Source: Clostridia bacterium (GTDB lineage: Bacteria > Bacillota > Clostridia > JAAYHZ01). From it: a stretch of 64,000 nt of DNA. Shown piece by piece: positions 19,927-29,637 of the stretch. Location of the stretch: NCBI GenBank assembly GCA_050950825.1, contig JBMNIH010000002.1:416001-480000 (forward strand). The letters are read 5' to 3'. Under the pieces are notes generated by a model. It was not told the origin of the DNA, ran no database searches, and saw nothing but the letters and a program-made list of their open reading frames with translations. Numbering within the stretch: the stretch's first letter is position 1; each line of letters opens with the position of its first letter. Position numbers and translations under genes: made by a program.

Positions 19927-21455
19927 GATCCCTCCTCCGATCCATTATATATCAAATATTGATGATAACCCTTAAGATCCGTATTCGGTATTGCCTTTTG
20001 TTCTATTCTTGGATATTCGACTAGCAAGGCGGATATCAAGAGCGCTATGGCGAACACGAATATTGCGCAACCAAGCCATACAGACAGAATCGGATAAACC
20101 GAGGTAATCAATAAGTATTCCGAGCCAGCGCACCGCATTAGAATTCCGAATAGAATGAATGCTATACCTACTCGAAGCACTCGGAAGCATTTTTGCTTGC
20201 GTTGATAATAGGGCGAGATTTGCCTAAATACCAAAAGAAGGCTTATTGAGATCAGGATACCGATCACCCCGCAGAGTCCGTATTGACCGAGGACAATCCT
20301 TCCCATGCCCGCGGACGGGAACCCTCGCCAACGGGCCCAATCCCTTAAAACATATGCAAAAAAGAGCCGGCTTTGTTGGCTGTTCGTCAGGATGACAATG
20401 GCATCTCCTGTTTCAGGAACGGCCTGGAAATGGGTCATAATACCGTTCCCTTGGCCGCCGTGGGAGATCGAGAGCATGCCGTTTGGCAGCTTTTCGATAA
20501 AGTGACCCAATCCGTACCCCTTAAATAGCAACCCGTAAATACCGATTCTTTGGCTTTGGGGAGTATACATAAGCCTTATGCTTTCACCGCTTAACACGGA
20601 AGTTTCTTTCATACCCGAAGCCGCAAAACGAGCAATGTCATTGGCCGTAGCGAACAGACCGCCCGATGCCTTAGAAGGATAGAGATAGACCGGCACCGGT
20701 TCTCCGCCGAGGTTATAACCCGTCGGAAGAAAAAGCGACGCCTTTCTGTCGATTTCAAAGGTTGCGCTTTCCATGCCTAGCGGGAGAAAAATTTCCGTAC
20801 GGATATACTCCGAAAAGCTTTGGCCCGTAATATCCTCGATGACAATTTCCAATAGATTGTAGCCTGTGTTGGAGTAGGAAAATCTCGTTCCCGCCTTGTA
20901 TACCGGCACCGCTTCCTCGAATGTCACGTCCCGGTTTGAGGGCATTGTCTCGCCGGGGGAATAGACACGGGTAAAATCGCCTAAGGGTAGCCCTGCAGTG
21001 TGGCTCAAAAGCTGCCGTGTCGTAATGTTTTCTATCAAATAGTCCGATTTTAGGTATTGCGACACCGGAGCGTCCAAGTCGATTAAGCCTTTTTCCACAA
21101 GTCGCATAACGCCCCACGCCGTAACGGATTTTGTAATGGATTGAACGCTCATGGGGGTATTGATCGTCAGTTTTCTGCCGCTTTCCGCATCGGCATACCC
21201 GTAAGCTTCGGTCCATACGACTTCACAATCCTTTACAAGGGCGATGTTGCAGCCCGGTATGCGATACTTTTTCATCAAAGCAGGGATACGCCGGTTCATA
21301 TATACCTTAAAATTGTCAAGAGACGCATCCGCATGTATATCCCGTTTAATTTGCAGACTACCGGAAAAAAGCGCAACAAGAAAGCCGAATAATAAAGATA
21401 TTAGGATAAACCGAATCCATATCCCGGAGCTCTTCCATATTCTTGATTTCATCAT
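19923..21455 (-). CDS. Serine hydrolase, beta-lactamase/AmpC-like family, with C-terminal TM helices
   Basis: SITK (SxxK), LLSHTAGL, YSN, HGG motifs; start set at ATG after GGAGG. Confidence 0.88.
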   Translation of the reverse strand: MMKSRIWKSSGIWIRFILISLLFGFLVALFSGSLQIKRDIHADASLDNFKVYMNRRIPALMKKYRIPGCNIALVKDCEVVWTEAYGYADAESGRKLTINTPMSVQSITKSVTAWGVMRLVEKGLIDLDAPVSQYLKSDYLIENITTRQLLSHTAGLPLGDFTRVYSPGETMPSNRDVTFEEAVPVYKAGTRFSYSNTGYNLLEIVIEDITGQSFSEYIRTEIFLPLGMESATFEIDRKASLFLPTGYNLGGEPVPVYLYPSKASGGLFATANDIARFAASGMKETSVLSGESIRLMYTPQSQRIGIYGLLFKGYGLGHFIEKLPNGMLSISHGGQGNGIMTHFQAVPETGDAIVILTNSQQSRLFFAYVLRDWARWRGFPSAGMGRIVLGQYGLCGVIGILISISLLLVFRQISPYYQRKQKCFRVLRVGIAFILFGILMRCAGSEYLLITSVYPILSVWLGCAIFVFAIALLISALLVEYPRIEQKAIPNTDLKGYHQYLIYNGSEEGS

Positions 21456-21754
21456 ACATCCACCTCCGAATTTCTCACCGAACGGCACGTGCATTCCGCT
21501 CCGATTGTCCGGGTCTCAACAATGTAAATACCCTCATAAAAAATCATAAGCGGCACGGTCGCGGCAATCGGAATAAGCTGCCCATTCATATGTGAATTCA
21601 TACTTTTTAATGCTCTAAGACCGTCCAACTCTTTTATTTACGAGCTTCTCAATAAAAATCATTTGTATTTCTTCCCTCTTCCCGCTAAAAGGAACACAAC
21701 AGGGTTAGCAGAAAAGAATGAGGAGCATATTCTTCGTTAGTACAAACCCGTTCA

Positions 21755-21961
21755 TCATGCGACATCTCCCGTATGGTCTGCGGTCTGTTTTTCTTTCGAT
21801 TTTTTATTCACGGAAATCGCTCCGAGAACAACCCCCACACCGGCTCCGATATACAGCCCCGTAACCACGTTTTGAAAAAGCGCCCCGAGCATAATGCCGA
21901 CGGCAGTGCAAAAGCCTATAGCCGTCCCTAAATTCCAATAATCCTTTATTCTTCTTTTTTC
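21755..21961 (-). CDS. Small glycine-rich two-TM membrane protein
   Basis: GxxxG repeats (GTAIGFCTAVGIMLG...GAGVGVVLG); GGAGG RBS. Start coordinate approximate. Confidence 0.6.
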   Translation of the reverse strand, partial: EKRRIKDYWNLGTAIGFCTAVGIMLGALFQNVVTGLYIGAGVGVVLGAISVNKKSKEKQTADHTGDVA

Positions 21962-21983
21962 CATTCGATTCAACCTCCCATCT

Positions 21984-22163
21984 TCATCTTGTATTCAAAT
22001 AGTTGATACCTTTAATCACCCTTCCGGCTTCACCGTATGTTTGTTCTTTTTTGCGATGCACTTCGTGCGCTTCGGTATCATAGAAGCACGGATGAACATA
22101 TTCTTTTGCCAAATGTCGCAAAAACCGGATCCATTTTTTACGGATACACTTTATCAGTCTCAT
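21984..22163 (-). CDS. Small hypothetical protein (59 aa, below ORF-track cutoff)
   Basis: AAGGA RBS then MRLIKCIRKKWIRFLRHLAKEYVHPCFYD...NTR*, directly upstream of the small membrane protein. Confidence 0.35.
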   Translation of the reverse strand: MRLIKCIRKKWIRFLRHLAKEYVHPCFYDTEAHEVHRKKEQTYGEAGRVIKGINYLNTR

Positions 22164-22302
22164 ACATTCCTTCTCTTCGTACCGTTTTCGGTTTTACCTC
22201 GTTCAGTGTAAAAGACATGACGGTCATATGATAAGTTACCGGAGTCATATATGAGGTAATAAAAAAACGGAAGCCGCAGCTCCCGCCTTAAAACCGAAGC
22301 TT

Positions 22303-22938
22303 TTAAAATCCCATCCGTTTGAAGTGCAATATGGCATTCGCTCGGTCCGTAATTCCGGCTTTGCCGTATATTTGACTGATATAGTTTTTAACCGTACCGA
22401 CGGTTAGGAATAGTGTACGGGCAATTTCTTGATTGCTTTTTCCTTGAATGAGCAAACGAATGATATCTTGTTCGCGAGGGGAAAAGTCCGAAAGGGACAT
22501 TTCCGGTTTGCCTTGTGTGCCGATATGCTTTGTAATTTTAGCGGCAATATTCCCGGGCAAAATGACGCTTCCGCATACGGTGTCACGAATGGCTTCCGCA
22601 AGCTTCGCTCCGCTGATATCCTTTAAAAGATATCCCGAAGCGCCGTTGGCAATGGCGCCGAGAATGGATTCATCGTCATCATATGTAGTTAATACCAATA
22701 CCGCCGTTTCGGGGAAATCCCGCTTAATCAGGCGTGTAGCCTCCACTCCGCCCATTTGCGGCATTCGAATATCCATAAGTACGACCTGCGGCTGATGGAT
22801 TTTCGTCTGTTCATAAGCTTCCATGCCGTTTTTCGCTTCCGCAACCACCCGAATATCCGCATTTGTTTCAAGTAATGCGCGCAGCCCGTCTCGTATGATG
22901 GTCTGGTCGTCCGCCAACAGTATCGTAATGGGATTCAT
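22303..22938 (-). CDS. NarL/LuxR-family response regulator
   Basis: LADDQ, LMDIRMP, GYLLKD receiver; SNQEIARTLFLTVGTVKNY HTH. Confidence 0.93.
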   Translation of the reverse strand: MNPITILLADDQTIIRDGLRALLETNADIRVVAEAKNGMEAYEQTKIHQPQVVLMDIRMPQMGGVEATRLIKRDFPETAVLVLTTYDDDESILGAIANGASGYLLKDISGAKLAEAIRDTVCGSVILPGNIAAKITKHIGTQGKPEMSLSDFSPREQDIIRLLIQGKSNQEIARTLFLTVGTVKNYISQIYGKAGITDRANAILHFKRMGF

Positions 22939-24338
22939 TGCGTATCCTCCTTTCCTTGTACGACGGGAATTACAAGGTTAACGGTAAACCCCTCTCCCGG
23001 CTCGCTTTCAATTTCCAATACCCCGCCTACGCTTTGCACACGCTCTCGCATAATGGATAGCCCGGAGCCGAACTTTACATCATCCGCTCCGCTACCGTTA
23101 TCCGTAAAAGCCACCCTCAGCTGTCCTTTATACGGAGCAATCAAAATATCCGCATGCGTTGCATGCCCGTGTCGAATGGCGTTGGTTGTACATTCCTTTA
23201 TCGCCGAGAGCAGTATGCCGGCTTGAAGAGGAGGCAATACAACCTTCGATTCCATAACAAGATGAATATCGAGCCCGGTATCGGAACGGATTTCCTGCAA
23301 AAGCCCTTCGAGAACGGAAGCAAAATCGGTTTCGTTACCCGCCCTGACGATTTTAACGGAAGCGCGAAGCTCCGAAAGACCCCGTCGCACCTGCTCTATT
23401 CCTTGACGCAGCTTTTGCGCCGCATTCGTCTCCGATACAAGTCCCTCCGCCGCTTCTAACGTCAGAACGGCGGCAGTCAGCGTATGACCGACCGTATCAT
23501 GCATTTCGGCGGCAATGCGATTTCTCTCCTCCACCACTGCCAAGCTCTTTAGCTTCTCGGATTGTCGGTTTACCGTATGAAGAGCCGATTCCAGCATAAT
23601 ACTTGTAATCATTTGTTTTTTCAATGTATAAAAGGCGATCAAGGCAAGTAAAACCACAAGGGTGTTAACGAAAAAATAGCGAATAAGGTCCGCCGTTTCT
23701 CCGCTTCCGGATAAATGTATCGTTCTTGCCGTGCCGCCCAATAGATAGGTGCCAAGTGCACCGATTCCATAGACCTTAGCCCGAGAGAGCGATGCATGGT
23801 TGATTGCACCGAACCCCGCTATGATGGAAAGAAACAAGTTGTCCCCCGAAACATCCAGATACTGGATCGGGATGCATAGACAAAGCTGTATCATCGGTAA
23901 ATACGGTTCGACGATAAGGCGCTTATTTACAGGGAGCAAATTATACAGCAGCATGATGAGAAAAGAGGCGGATAACAGCCAAAGAATGGGGATGTATGTA
24001 GGAGTGTCGACATTTTCCGCCAGCATATGCAGCCCCAACACTTGATAAGCAATCGTCAGCAGGAAAAAGACCCCTTTATTTGTCAGACGATTTGATTTTT
24101 CCGGTTCGTCATTCGTGTTGTTCTTTGGCGCTGCCTTTTCGGCGCGAAACAGGTAAAAAGCAATGGCGGCCAATCCGAAAACGGCAATTGACAAGAAATA
24201 GAGGGCGCGATGCAGCGGCTTACGTTCACGCACTCTTATATCCTCCACAATGAAGAGAATCTGCATCAATAACCGGAACAATATTCCAAGAAACAGAAAC
24301 GGCCAAATTCCTCTAATTTGCATTTCCTTACCTCGCAT
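22935..24338 (-). CDS. Membrane sensor histidine kinase (HisKA_3)
   Basis: EERNRIAAEMHDTVGHTLT, NAIRHG, DNGSG, GSGL; overlaps the response regulator start. Confidence 0.92.
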   Translation of the reverse strand: MRGKEMQIRGIWPFLFLGILFRLLMQILFIVEDIRVRERKPLHRALYFLSIAVFGLAAIAFYLFRAEKAAPKNNTNDEPEKSNRLTNKGVFFLLTIAYQVLGLHMLAENVDTPTYIPILWLLSASFLIMLLYNLLPVNKRLIVEPYLPMIQLCLCIPIQYLDVSGDNLFLSIIAGFGAINHASLSRAKVYGIGALGTYLLGGTARTIHLSGSGETADLIRYFFVNTLVVLLALIAFYTLKKQMITSIMLESALHTVNRQSEKLKSLAVVEERNRIAAEMHDTVGHTLTAAVLTLEAAEGLVSETNAAQKLRQGIEQVRRGLSELRASVKIVRAGNETDFASVLEGLLQEIRSDTGLDIHLVMESKVVLPPLQAGILLSAIKECTTNAIRHGHATHADILIAPYKGQLRVAFTDNGSGADDVKFGSGLSIMRERVQSVGGVLEIESEPGEGFTVNLVIPVVQGKEDTQ

Positions 24339-24619
24339 TCCTTGTGCTTTTAATTTTCCTTTCGTCCAACGGCAATATCGTATAAACGGTGATATGAATC
24401 CCGACCGGCCGTTTCCTTTTCGGATAATGACGGTTTACTTCGCCTTCGTATTCTGTGTTATGTCTGCATATATTACTTGAATACTACCGTATTTTTCCTT
24501 ATGCCCGTCAATGAAAACCGCTATTTAGGGTAGCTTTCTTAAAATTGTTAAATTATTCTTATCGATATTTTAACATAAAAATCTCGCTTCTTTGCCTTGA
24601 AGATCAATTTTTGTCAACA

Positions 24620-24660
24620 AAAAAAGACCGTGCACGGCATGTGCATCGGTCACTTTTTTA
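24620..24660 (-). terminator. Terminator after TetR gene
   Basis: A-run, GACCG-TGCAC...GTGCA-TCGGTC stem, T-run. Confidence 0.6.
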
Positions 24661-24665
24661 AAAGC

Positions 24666-25241
24666 TTAATACAGAAGGCCTTTTGCCAGCAACTTGCCTA
24701 CGTTATCTTTAATCTTTTTCACATCCGGTTTTTCTTTTCCGCGTACATAGCGGCCCATAACGCCCTGCATTGCCCCTAATAAAGCATAGGAGGCTATATC
24801 CGCATCCATGGATCGAATCACCGAATAGATCATGCCCTCTTTCATAACGTTGGCAACGATGTCTGCCAGCTCGCGAATTAATCCGTCGGCTACGTCACGA
24901 ATTTCCTTGTCGATGCTTCCGGTCAACTCGAAAAACAGAATATTGACAAAGCTGCTGTTTTCAACGCAGTAATCAATGAAAAAGTTGATGCAGTTTAGCA
25001 CTTGCCTGTCCGGAGAATATTCGCTGTAAGCGATATCGTTCAGCCTTTGTCCGATGTACCTGAATCCTTCTTTGATCACTTCGGTAAAAAGAGAAACCTT
25101 TGAAGGGAAATTGTAATACAATGTTCCTTTTGCCACACCGGCTTTTTCCGCAATCATATCCATGGTTGCCATGTAATAGCCGTTTTGTGAAAACACTTCT
25201 TGTGCCGCGTCCAAAATCTTTCTTCTCGTATCCATCGTCAT
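24666..25241 (-). CDS. TetR/AcrR-family transcriptional regulator
   Basis: IAEKAGVAKGTLYYNFPSK HTH; start moved to ATG after GGAGGT. Confidence 0.92.
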   Translation of the reverse strand: MTMDTRRKILDAAQEVFSQNGYYMATMDMIAEKAGVAKGTLYYNFPSKVSLFTEVIKEGFRYIGQRLNDIAYSEYSPDRQVLNCINFFIDYCVENSSFVNILFFELTGSIDKEIRDVADGLIRELADIVANVMKEGMIYSVIRSMDADIASYALLGAMQGVMGRYVRGKEKPDVKKIKDNVGKLLAKGLLY

Positions 25242-25258
25242 ACCTCCATCCAATGATT

Positions 25259-25279
25259 TGTACTGACCAGTCAGTTCAA
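25259..25279. promoter_or_regulatory. Putative TetR autoregulatory operator
   Basis: Palindrome TGTACTGACCAGTCAGTTCA just upstream of the TetR RBS. Confidence 0.55.
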
Positions 25280-25320
25280 TTATATCGCTCTGAGAAATCT
25301 TTGTCAACATTAAAAAAAGA

Positions 25321-25605
25321 CTATTTTTCAATAGTCTTTTGTGAATATTCTCTTATTATTTTCCGAATACCGGACTCGGATAGGTTGTATTCGCTGACCA
25401 ATTGTCCTACACACATTCCTTGCCGGTAGCATTGATAAATCTCCAAATTCCTTCTTTTATACTCTTCTCTCACGCCGTTCTTTTCTCCCCAAGCGGCTCG
25501 AGAACGGCTCTTTTTAGGAATGTAAATCAATTCGCCTTCAACATACTTTCGAATCTCATCTAAAATTCTATCGGGAAGTATGTCTTTGGCGTTCAAATAT
25601 TTCAT
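25321..25605 (-). CDS. CD3324-family (Mor-like HTH) protein
   Basis: MKYLNAKDILP...IYIPKK...AWGEKNG...YNLSESGIRKII signature. Confidence 0.85.
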   Translation of the reverse strand: MKYLNAKDILPDRILDEIRKYVEGELIYIPKKSRSRAAWGEKNGVREEYKRRNLEIYQCYRQGMCVGQLVSEYNLSESGIRKIIREYSQKTIEK

Positions 25606-25910
25606 GGTCTCCTCCTTAGCTATTCATAGCCGGAAGATTCCTTTTGATCACAAAAACATTTTACTTCCGGCTAAACCAAAAACCACCTTACTATTCCTTT
25701 ATTCATCTTATCTACATTTTGATCATTTCTTAGCCGAATCATTGACCTTCCTCCTTTCCGTATATTCTTCATATTCTTCTGCTCTTTCGCCGCGGATTTT
25801 TTTTAACGGCGAGGAAATCTCGCCGCACCGGCATCAAAACTTAGTTTCGAACCTCCGGTGAATAGAAATTTCCTCGCAAACTTTTGTCGATCAATCTATT
25901 CACCTCCTTT
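25606..25910 (-). promoter_or_regulatory. Attenuator-like leader with two uORFs (25841-25894, 17 aa; 25671-25742, 23 aa)
   Basis: Each uORF has a GGAGG RBS; several mutually exclusive inverted repeats (see findings). Confidence 0.55.
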
Positions 25911-25973
25911 TTATTTATCTTTTTATTTATTTTTTTAGCGCCGCAGCGCACGAAACAAGTTTAACAAATAAAT

Positions 25974-26010
25974 CCGGCTTCTGTCAACAAAAGAAGCCGG
26001 ACACTTTTTA
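25974..26010 (-). terminator. Hairpin/terminator after peptidase gene
   Basis: TCCGGCTTCT...AGAAGCCGGA inverted repeat. Confidence 0.55.
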
Positions 26011-26028
26011 TATAACCAATCATTCCTG

Positions 26029-28758
26029 TCATTTCTTTTCGATATTTAGAAACTTCCGTATATGGTTTCGGACCTCTATCATCTCTTCGTACTCGTAGAA
26101 GAAGAGAATCTTCTGTTCGGCAACGGTCTTGCCTTCGGGCTTGTTTCTTAAAACAAATTCCGCAAAGGTTTCGCATATGTCTTCGCTGCACTTGGTGGCG
26201 GCATACTTCGTAACAAAGGCATCGGACATCCTGTTATAGAAATCGTTGGCATTCATGTTTTCCCAATAAACAATGCAATCCGCCCAAAACCGGTTGTAAA
26301 ATGCATCTACGATGGATCCTTCCTTGAATTTCCCTCCGTTGTATCCAATGGGACGCTCTTCGGTTCCTTCGGGATCCATTTGGTTTTCGTTCAAGGTAAG
26401 AAGATGTCCGTACTCATGGATCAATACGCGAACGGTTTGGTCATAGCTACGATAATTGCCGCTTTCGTTAAATATGTCGTAGTAATCCAAAAAGCAAATA
26501 AATTCCGCCTTGTCGGTCCTTCGGTAGTTGGGCAAATCTCGTTTAATATATCCGGTTTTATTGCCTAAATAATCGGTAAACACGGCAAATCGGGAAATAT
26601 AGTCAATATCCTGAGGTCGCATAATGCCGGTAATCAAATCCCACAGCTTGGCATGAGCGGCATTGTCGGTCTCAATAATCCTTTCGGACACCGGATAAAT
26701 GGCTATGATTCGATCTTCCGGAACAAAAGGATATATGGATAAAACGTTTTTATCGAAATCGTAATCGTAATAATTCCCGTATATGGATGTCCATCCGAAT
26801 GTCGTATGAGAACGGTCTACGGGATTTCCCAACTGCCCGTAGAGTACTTCCAAAACCTTCTCCACCGATTTGTCCGTAAACCGGATTTCCACCGACTGTA
26901 ATAGGCCGAAGTAATCGTACACGAAGAAGGTATCGGTTTTCATATCGTCAAACCATTTGATGTTGTATTTCAGCTTGGTAATCCCTTCCGGATTCGGTTC
27001 GAGTTCTCCGAATATGCCCAGCTCTTCTTCTACATCCTTCACCGACTGCCTGTAAGGAAACAAAGCTCGGATGGACAAGGAAAAGGTTCTTTTGCTCATG
27101 ATGTTGTAGCCTTTGTCCAAGATACGAAGAGAAGGCGTATCCTTAGACAGCATACCGTAAAGAGCATCGGCCACAATGCGTGCCGCCTTTTTCAGGTATT
27201 CGGGATTTATATTCTCGATATTATCCTTCCGATTAAAATATTCTACCTGTATTCGATCCTGCGAAAGCTGAACGGAAGGAATGTCCGCAACGGAAAAGGT
27301 ACGATGATCCCCTACCATATCGTAATGCACATGAAGTGGTTCCCCGAACTGCCTGTAGGAGGCTCTTTCCATAAAATAGCTGACGATGTTCTTTCGGCCG
27401 TCCACGGTGTATATATTAAACCGACCTCCTTCGGCATCGGCTAGCATGTCCAAATTGATGCAGCCGATGATTTTATCCTTTGTTTTGTCATCCAATTCGG
27501 AAAGAAAAGCGTTGGAACCCACTTGGTCTTGCTTGTTTCCGCCTAATGCCACAAACCAAACCTCCAAATCGCCGGGAATGCCGACAACGGATTCCGCAAC
27601 AGCCAACAGAACCCCGATTCCGGAGCCGTTGTCGTTGGCGCCATTAGAGCCTTTGGCGGTGTCGTAGTGGGCGGTAACCAATAATATTTCATCTGCAGGT
27701 GCGGGTGCATGTTTTTTTGCAATAATATTTCGGGACGTGCCGTACCAGTTGCCGTTTCGTACTTCGATTTCCGCATAGACCTTCACGTTGTTTTTCACAA
27801 TTTCACGAAGCTCCGTGATATGGGATCTGTCCACTCCGATGGCCAATACCTTGTCTTCTTCATACAGCCCGTACATGATATTTTCATAGGCTTCCCCCAG
27901 CATGATAACGGCCAAAGCTCCGCTTTCGGCAATCAGGTCCAGGTATTGATAGAACAAATAATTATATGTATCAATGATAACAATTTTGTCTTTGTAGTCG
28001 GTGGCTTCGTCATACCAGACCAATTGGCCTTTCACGTATCCGTTTTTTGAATTCATAACCACGGAGGTTTCGAATCCTTTGCCGGGAATTCCGATAAGCT
28101 GCAGCCGGTTCACCGTAGGTATCTCTATTAAATAATTTCCGTATATACGGAAGGATTGTTGTTCTACGGTATAACCCATTCCTCTAAATCGGTCGTACAA
28201 GTAGTCCGCCGTATCGTTTTCGTTCTTCGTTCCGGCAAGCCGCTCCTTGCCGGCAATGGAACGAATATGGTCCAGGATTTTGTATTCGTCGATCCGATTC
28301 AACACCCTCACATTGACCAGATCCACCACAGGCTTTTTCTTCAAAATATCTTGGTTTTGAACGTATTCCACTCCCATGACATTCAAGAATAAATACAAAG
28401 GAGCATAGGTACTGCCGTCAATGATTTCCGGTGCACGAATCAAGGGCACTGTTCCGTTTTTAGTGACACATTCCCTGCTACCCGGCTTCACCACATAGAC
28501 GGCGTTGTTTCCGGTAATGATGACGCTGCGGTCCGTTTCGACCCAAAATACGTCGTAGCCCAACAACTCGCAGGTGGTGCGCAACGGTAAATAGATTTCG
28601 CCTTGGATCTCTTTTTGTCCTACCGCGAAAATGTCCCCGTTAGCATTTTGGACTTTAAATATCCTTTGTTCCGCTTTTACAGGTATAGGGATTAAGGTAA
28701 TGATACAAATAGATAATAACAAAGAAAGAAACCTTTTCAACTTTTCCCCTCCTAACAT
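26029..28758 (-). CDS. Secreted multidomain protein: copper-amine-oxidase-N/stalk domain, PA-M28 peptidase-like domain, C-terminal HEXXH metallopeptidase domain
   Basis: YLPLRTTCELLGYDVFW; AHYDT/GANDNGSG/INLDML; HEYGHLL and FVTKYAAT...EDICETF. Confidence 0.75.
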   Translation of the reverse strand: MLGGEKLKRFLSLLLSICIITLIPIPVKAEQRIFKVQNANGDIFAVGQKEIQGEIYLPLRTTCELLGYDVFWVETDRSVIITGNNAVYVVKPGSRECVTKNGTVPLIRAPEIIDGSTYAPLYLFLNVMGVEYVQNQDILKKKPVVDLVNVRVLNRIDEYKILDHIRSIAGKERLAGTKNENDTADYLYDRFRGMGYTVEQQSFRIYGNYLIEIPTVNRLQLIGIPGKGFETSVVMNSKNGYVKGQLVWYDEATDYKDKIVIIDTYNYLFYQYLDLIAESGALAVIMLGEAYENIMYGLYEEDKVLAIGVDRSHITELREIVKNNVKVYAEIEVRNGNWYGTSRNIIAKKHAPAPADEILLVTAHYDTAKGSNGANDNGSGIGVLLAVAESVVGIPGDLEVWFVALGGNKQDQVGSNAFLSELDDKTKDKIIGCINLDMLADAEGGRFNIYTVDGRKNIVSYFMERASYRQFGEPLHVHYDMVGDHRTFSVADIPSVQLSQDRIQVEYFNRKDNIENINPEYLKKAARIVADALYGMLSKDTPSLRILDKGYNIMSKRTFSLSIRALFPYRQSVKDVEEELGIFGELEPNPEGITKLKYNIKWFDDMKTDTFFVYDYFGLLQSVEIRFTDKSVEKVLEVLYGQLGNPVDRSHTTFGWTSIYGNYYDYDFDKNVLSIYPFVPEDRIIAIYPVSERIIETDNAAHAKLWDLITGIMRPQDIDYISRFAVFTDYLGNKTGYIKRDLPNYRRTDKAEFICFLDYYDIFNESGNYRSYDQTVRVLIHEYGHLLTLNENQMDPEGTEERPIGYNGGKFKEGSIVDAFYNRFWADCIVYWENMNANDFYNRMSDAFVTKYAATKCSEDICETFAEFVLRNKPEGKTVAEQKILFFYEYEEMIEVRNHIRKFLNIEKK

Positions 28759-28798
28759 GCCTAAGGCATCCGTTTTGCTTTTTTGCTTTTTACCTCTA

Positions 28799-29431
28799 CT
28801 ACTCTACTTCCTCGGTAAAATAAGTGTCGATCAGTTTTTCCGCCATGGTCTTTCTCATATAGGCTTGAAGCACGAGATCGACAACCAAAAGCAGCACCTG
28901 AAAAGGTTTTTGCCATTCAAGATCCATGCCTTCGATTTTTTCCGTCATGCTCGCCATATCGGCTTGAAATGCATTTTTTTCCGCTTCCTCAAAACGAATA
29001 AAGGTTTCATACATTTTATCGATAAAATCATGATCGGAATCTTCGCCGACGCGTTTTCCCCCTGCTTTCGCGTCTTTTTCATCCGCAGATTTTATTCTAT
29101 CCGACAGCGGTTTTAAAATGGCTTTTATATCGTTAATGGATAATACTTGCTTTAAGTAATAAATCATGATGAGCATTTTCATATGATTTCTGGTGTATTT
29201 TTTCAGGACAGGCGGAAAAAGAATGCCTTCTTTCGTATAGTTGTTAATCATGGTTTTGGTCAACATTTTATCTTCGTCGTTTCTTTTTAAGCTGCCTAAT
29301 CGATTCTCGATAAACGTGGTAACCTGGTCCACGTACAAATCGATATCCGGTATGGAATCCGGATCTATGGATTTGCATCCGAAGGTTTCTTCAAATATTT
29401 TGATAATTTCGTTTCTGTCAAAATTCGTCAT
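28799..29431 (-). CDS. DUF1836 putative transcriptional regulator
   Basis: IPDIDLYVDQV and LTKTMINNYTK signatures. Confidence 0.88.
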   Translation of the reverse strand: MTNFDRNEIIKIFEETFGCKSIDPDSIPDIDLYVDQVTTFIENRLGSLKRNDEDKMLTKTMINNYTKEGILFPPVLKKYTRNHMKMLIMIYYLKQVLSINDIKAILKPLSDRIKSADEKDAKAGGKRVGEDSDHDFIDKMYETFIRFEEAEKNAFQADMASMTEKIEGMDLEWQKPFQVLLLVVDLVLQAYMRKTMAEKLIDTYFTEEVE

Positions 29432-29551
29432 TAATTATAACCTCTAAATGTTGGTGACGGTAACATTATACATCATAGGTATTGAATTCGCAATAAAGTA
29501 CCGCGAATGGAATAAAAATTATCCGGATTCTATTTTCTTCTTATCTATCTA

Positions 29552-29580
29552 TTGACGTTTTATTCTCCAAGTTATATAAT
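29552..29580 (+). promoter_or_regulatory. Sigma-A promoter for SGNH gene
   Basis: TTGACG-17 nt-TATAAT. Confidence 0.7.
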
Positions 29581-29637
29581 TTCACTATTAAATCACATAG
29601 TATTCATTACTACTTGTTATGTTAAGGAGGTCTGCTT

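Noticed and set aside
19923-21455. True beta-lactamase resistance gene
   Set aside because: The HGG triad and TM tail indicate the broad serine hydrolase family; no activity can be inferred.
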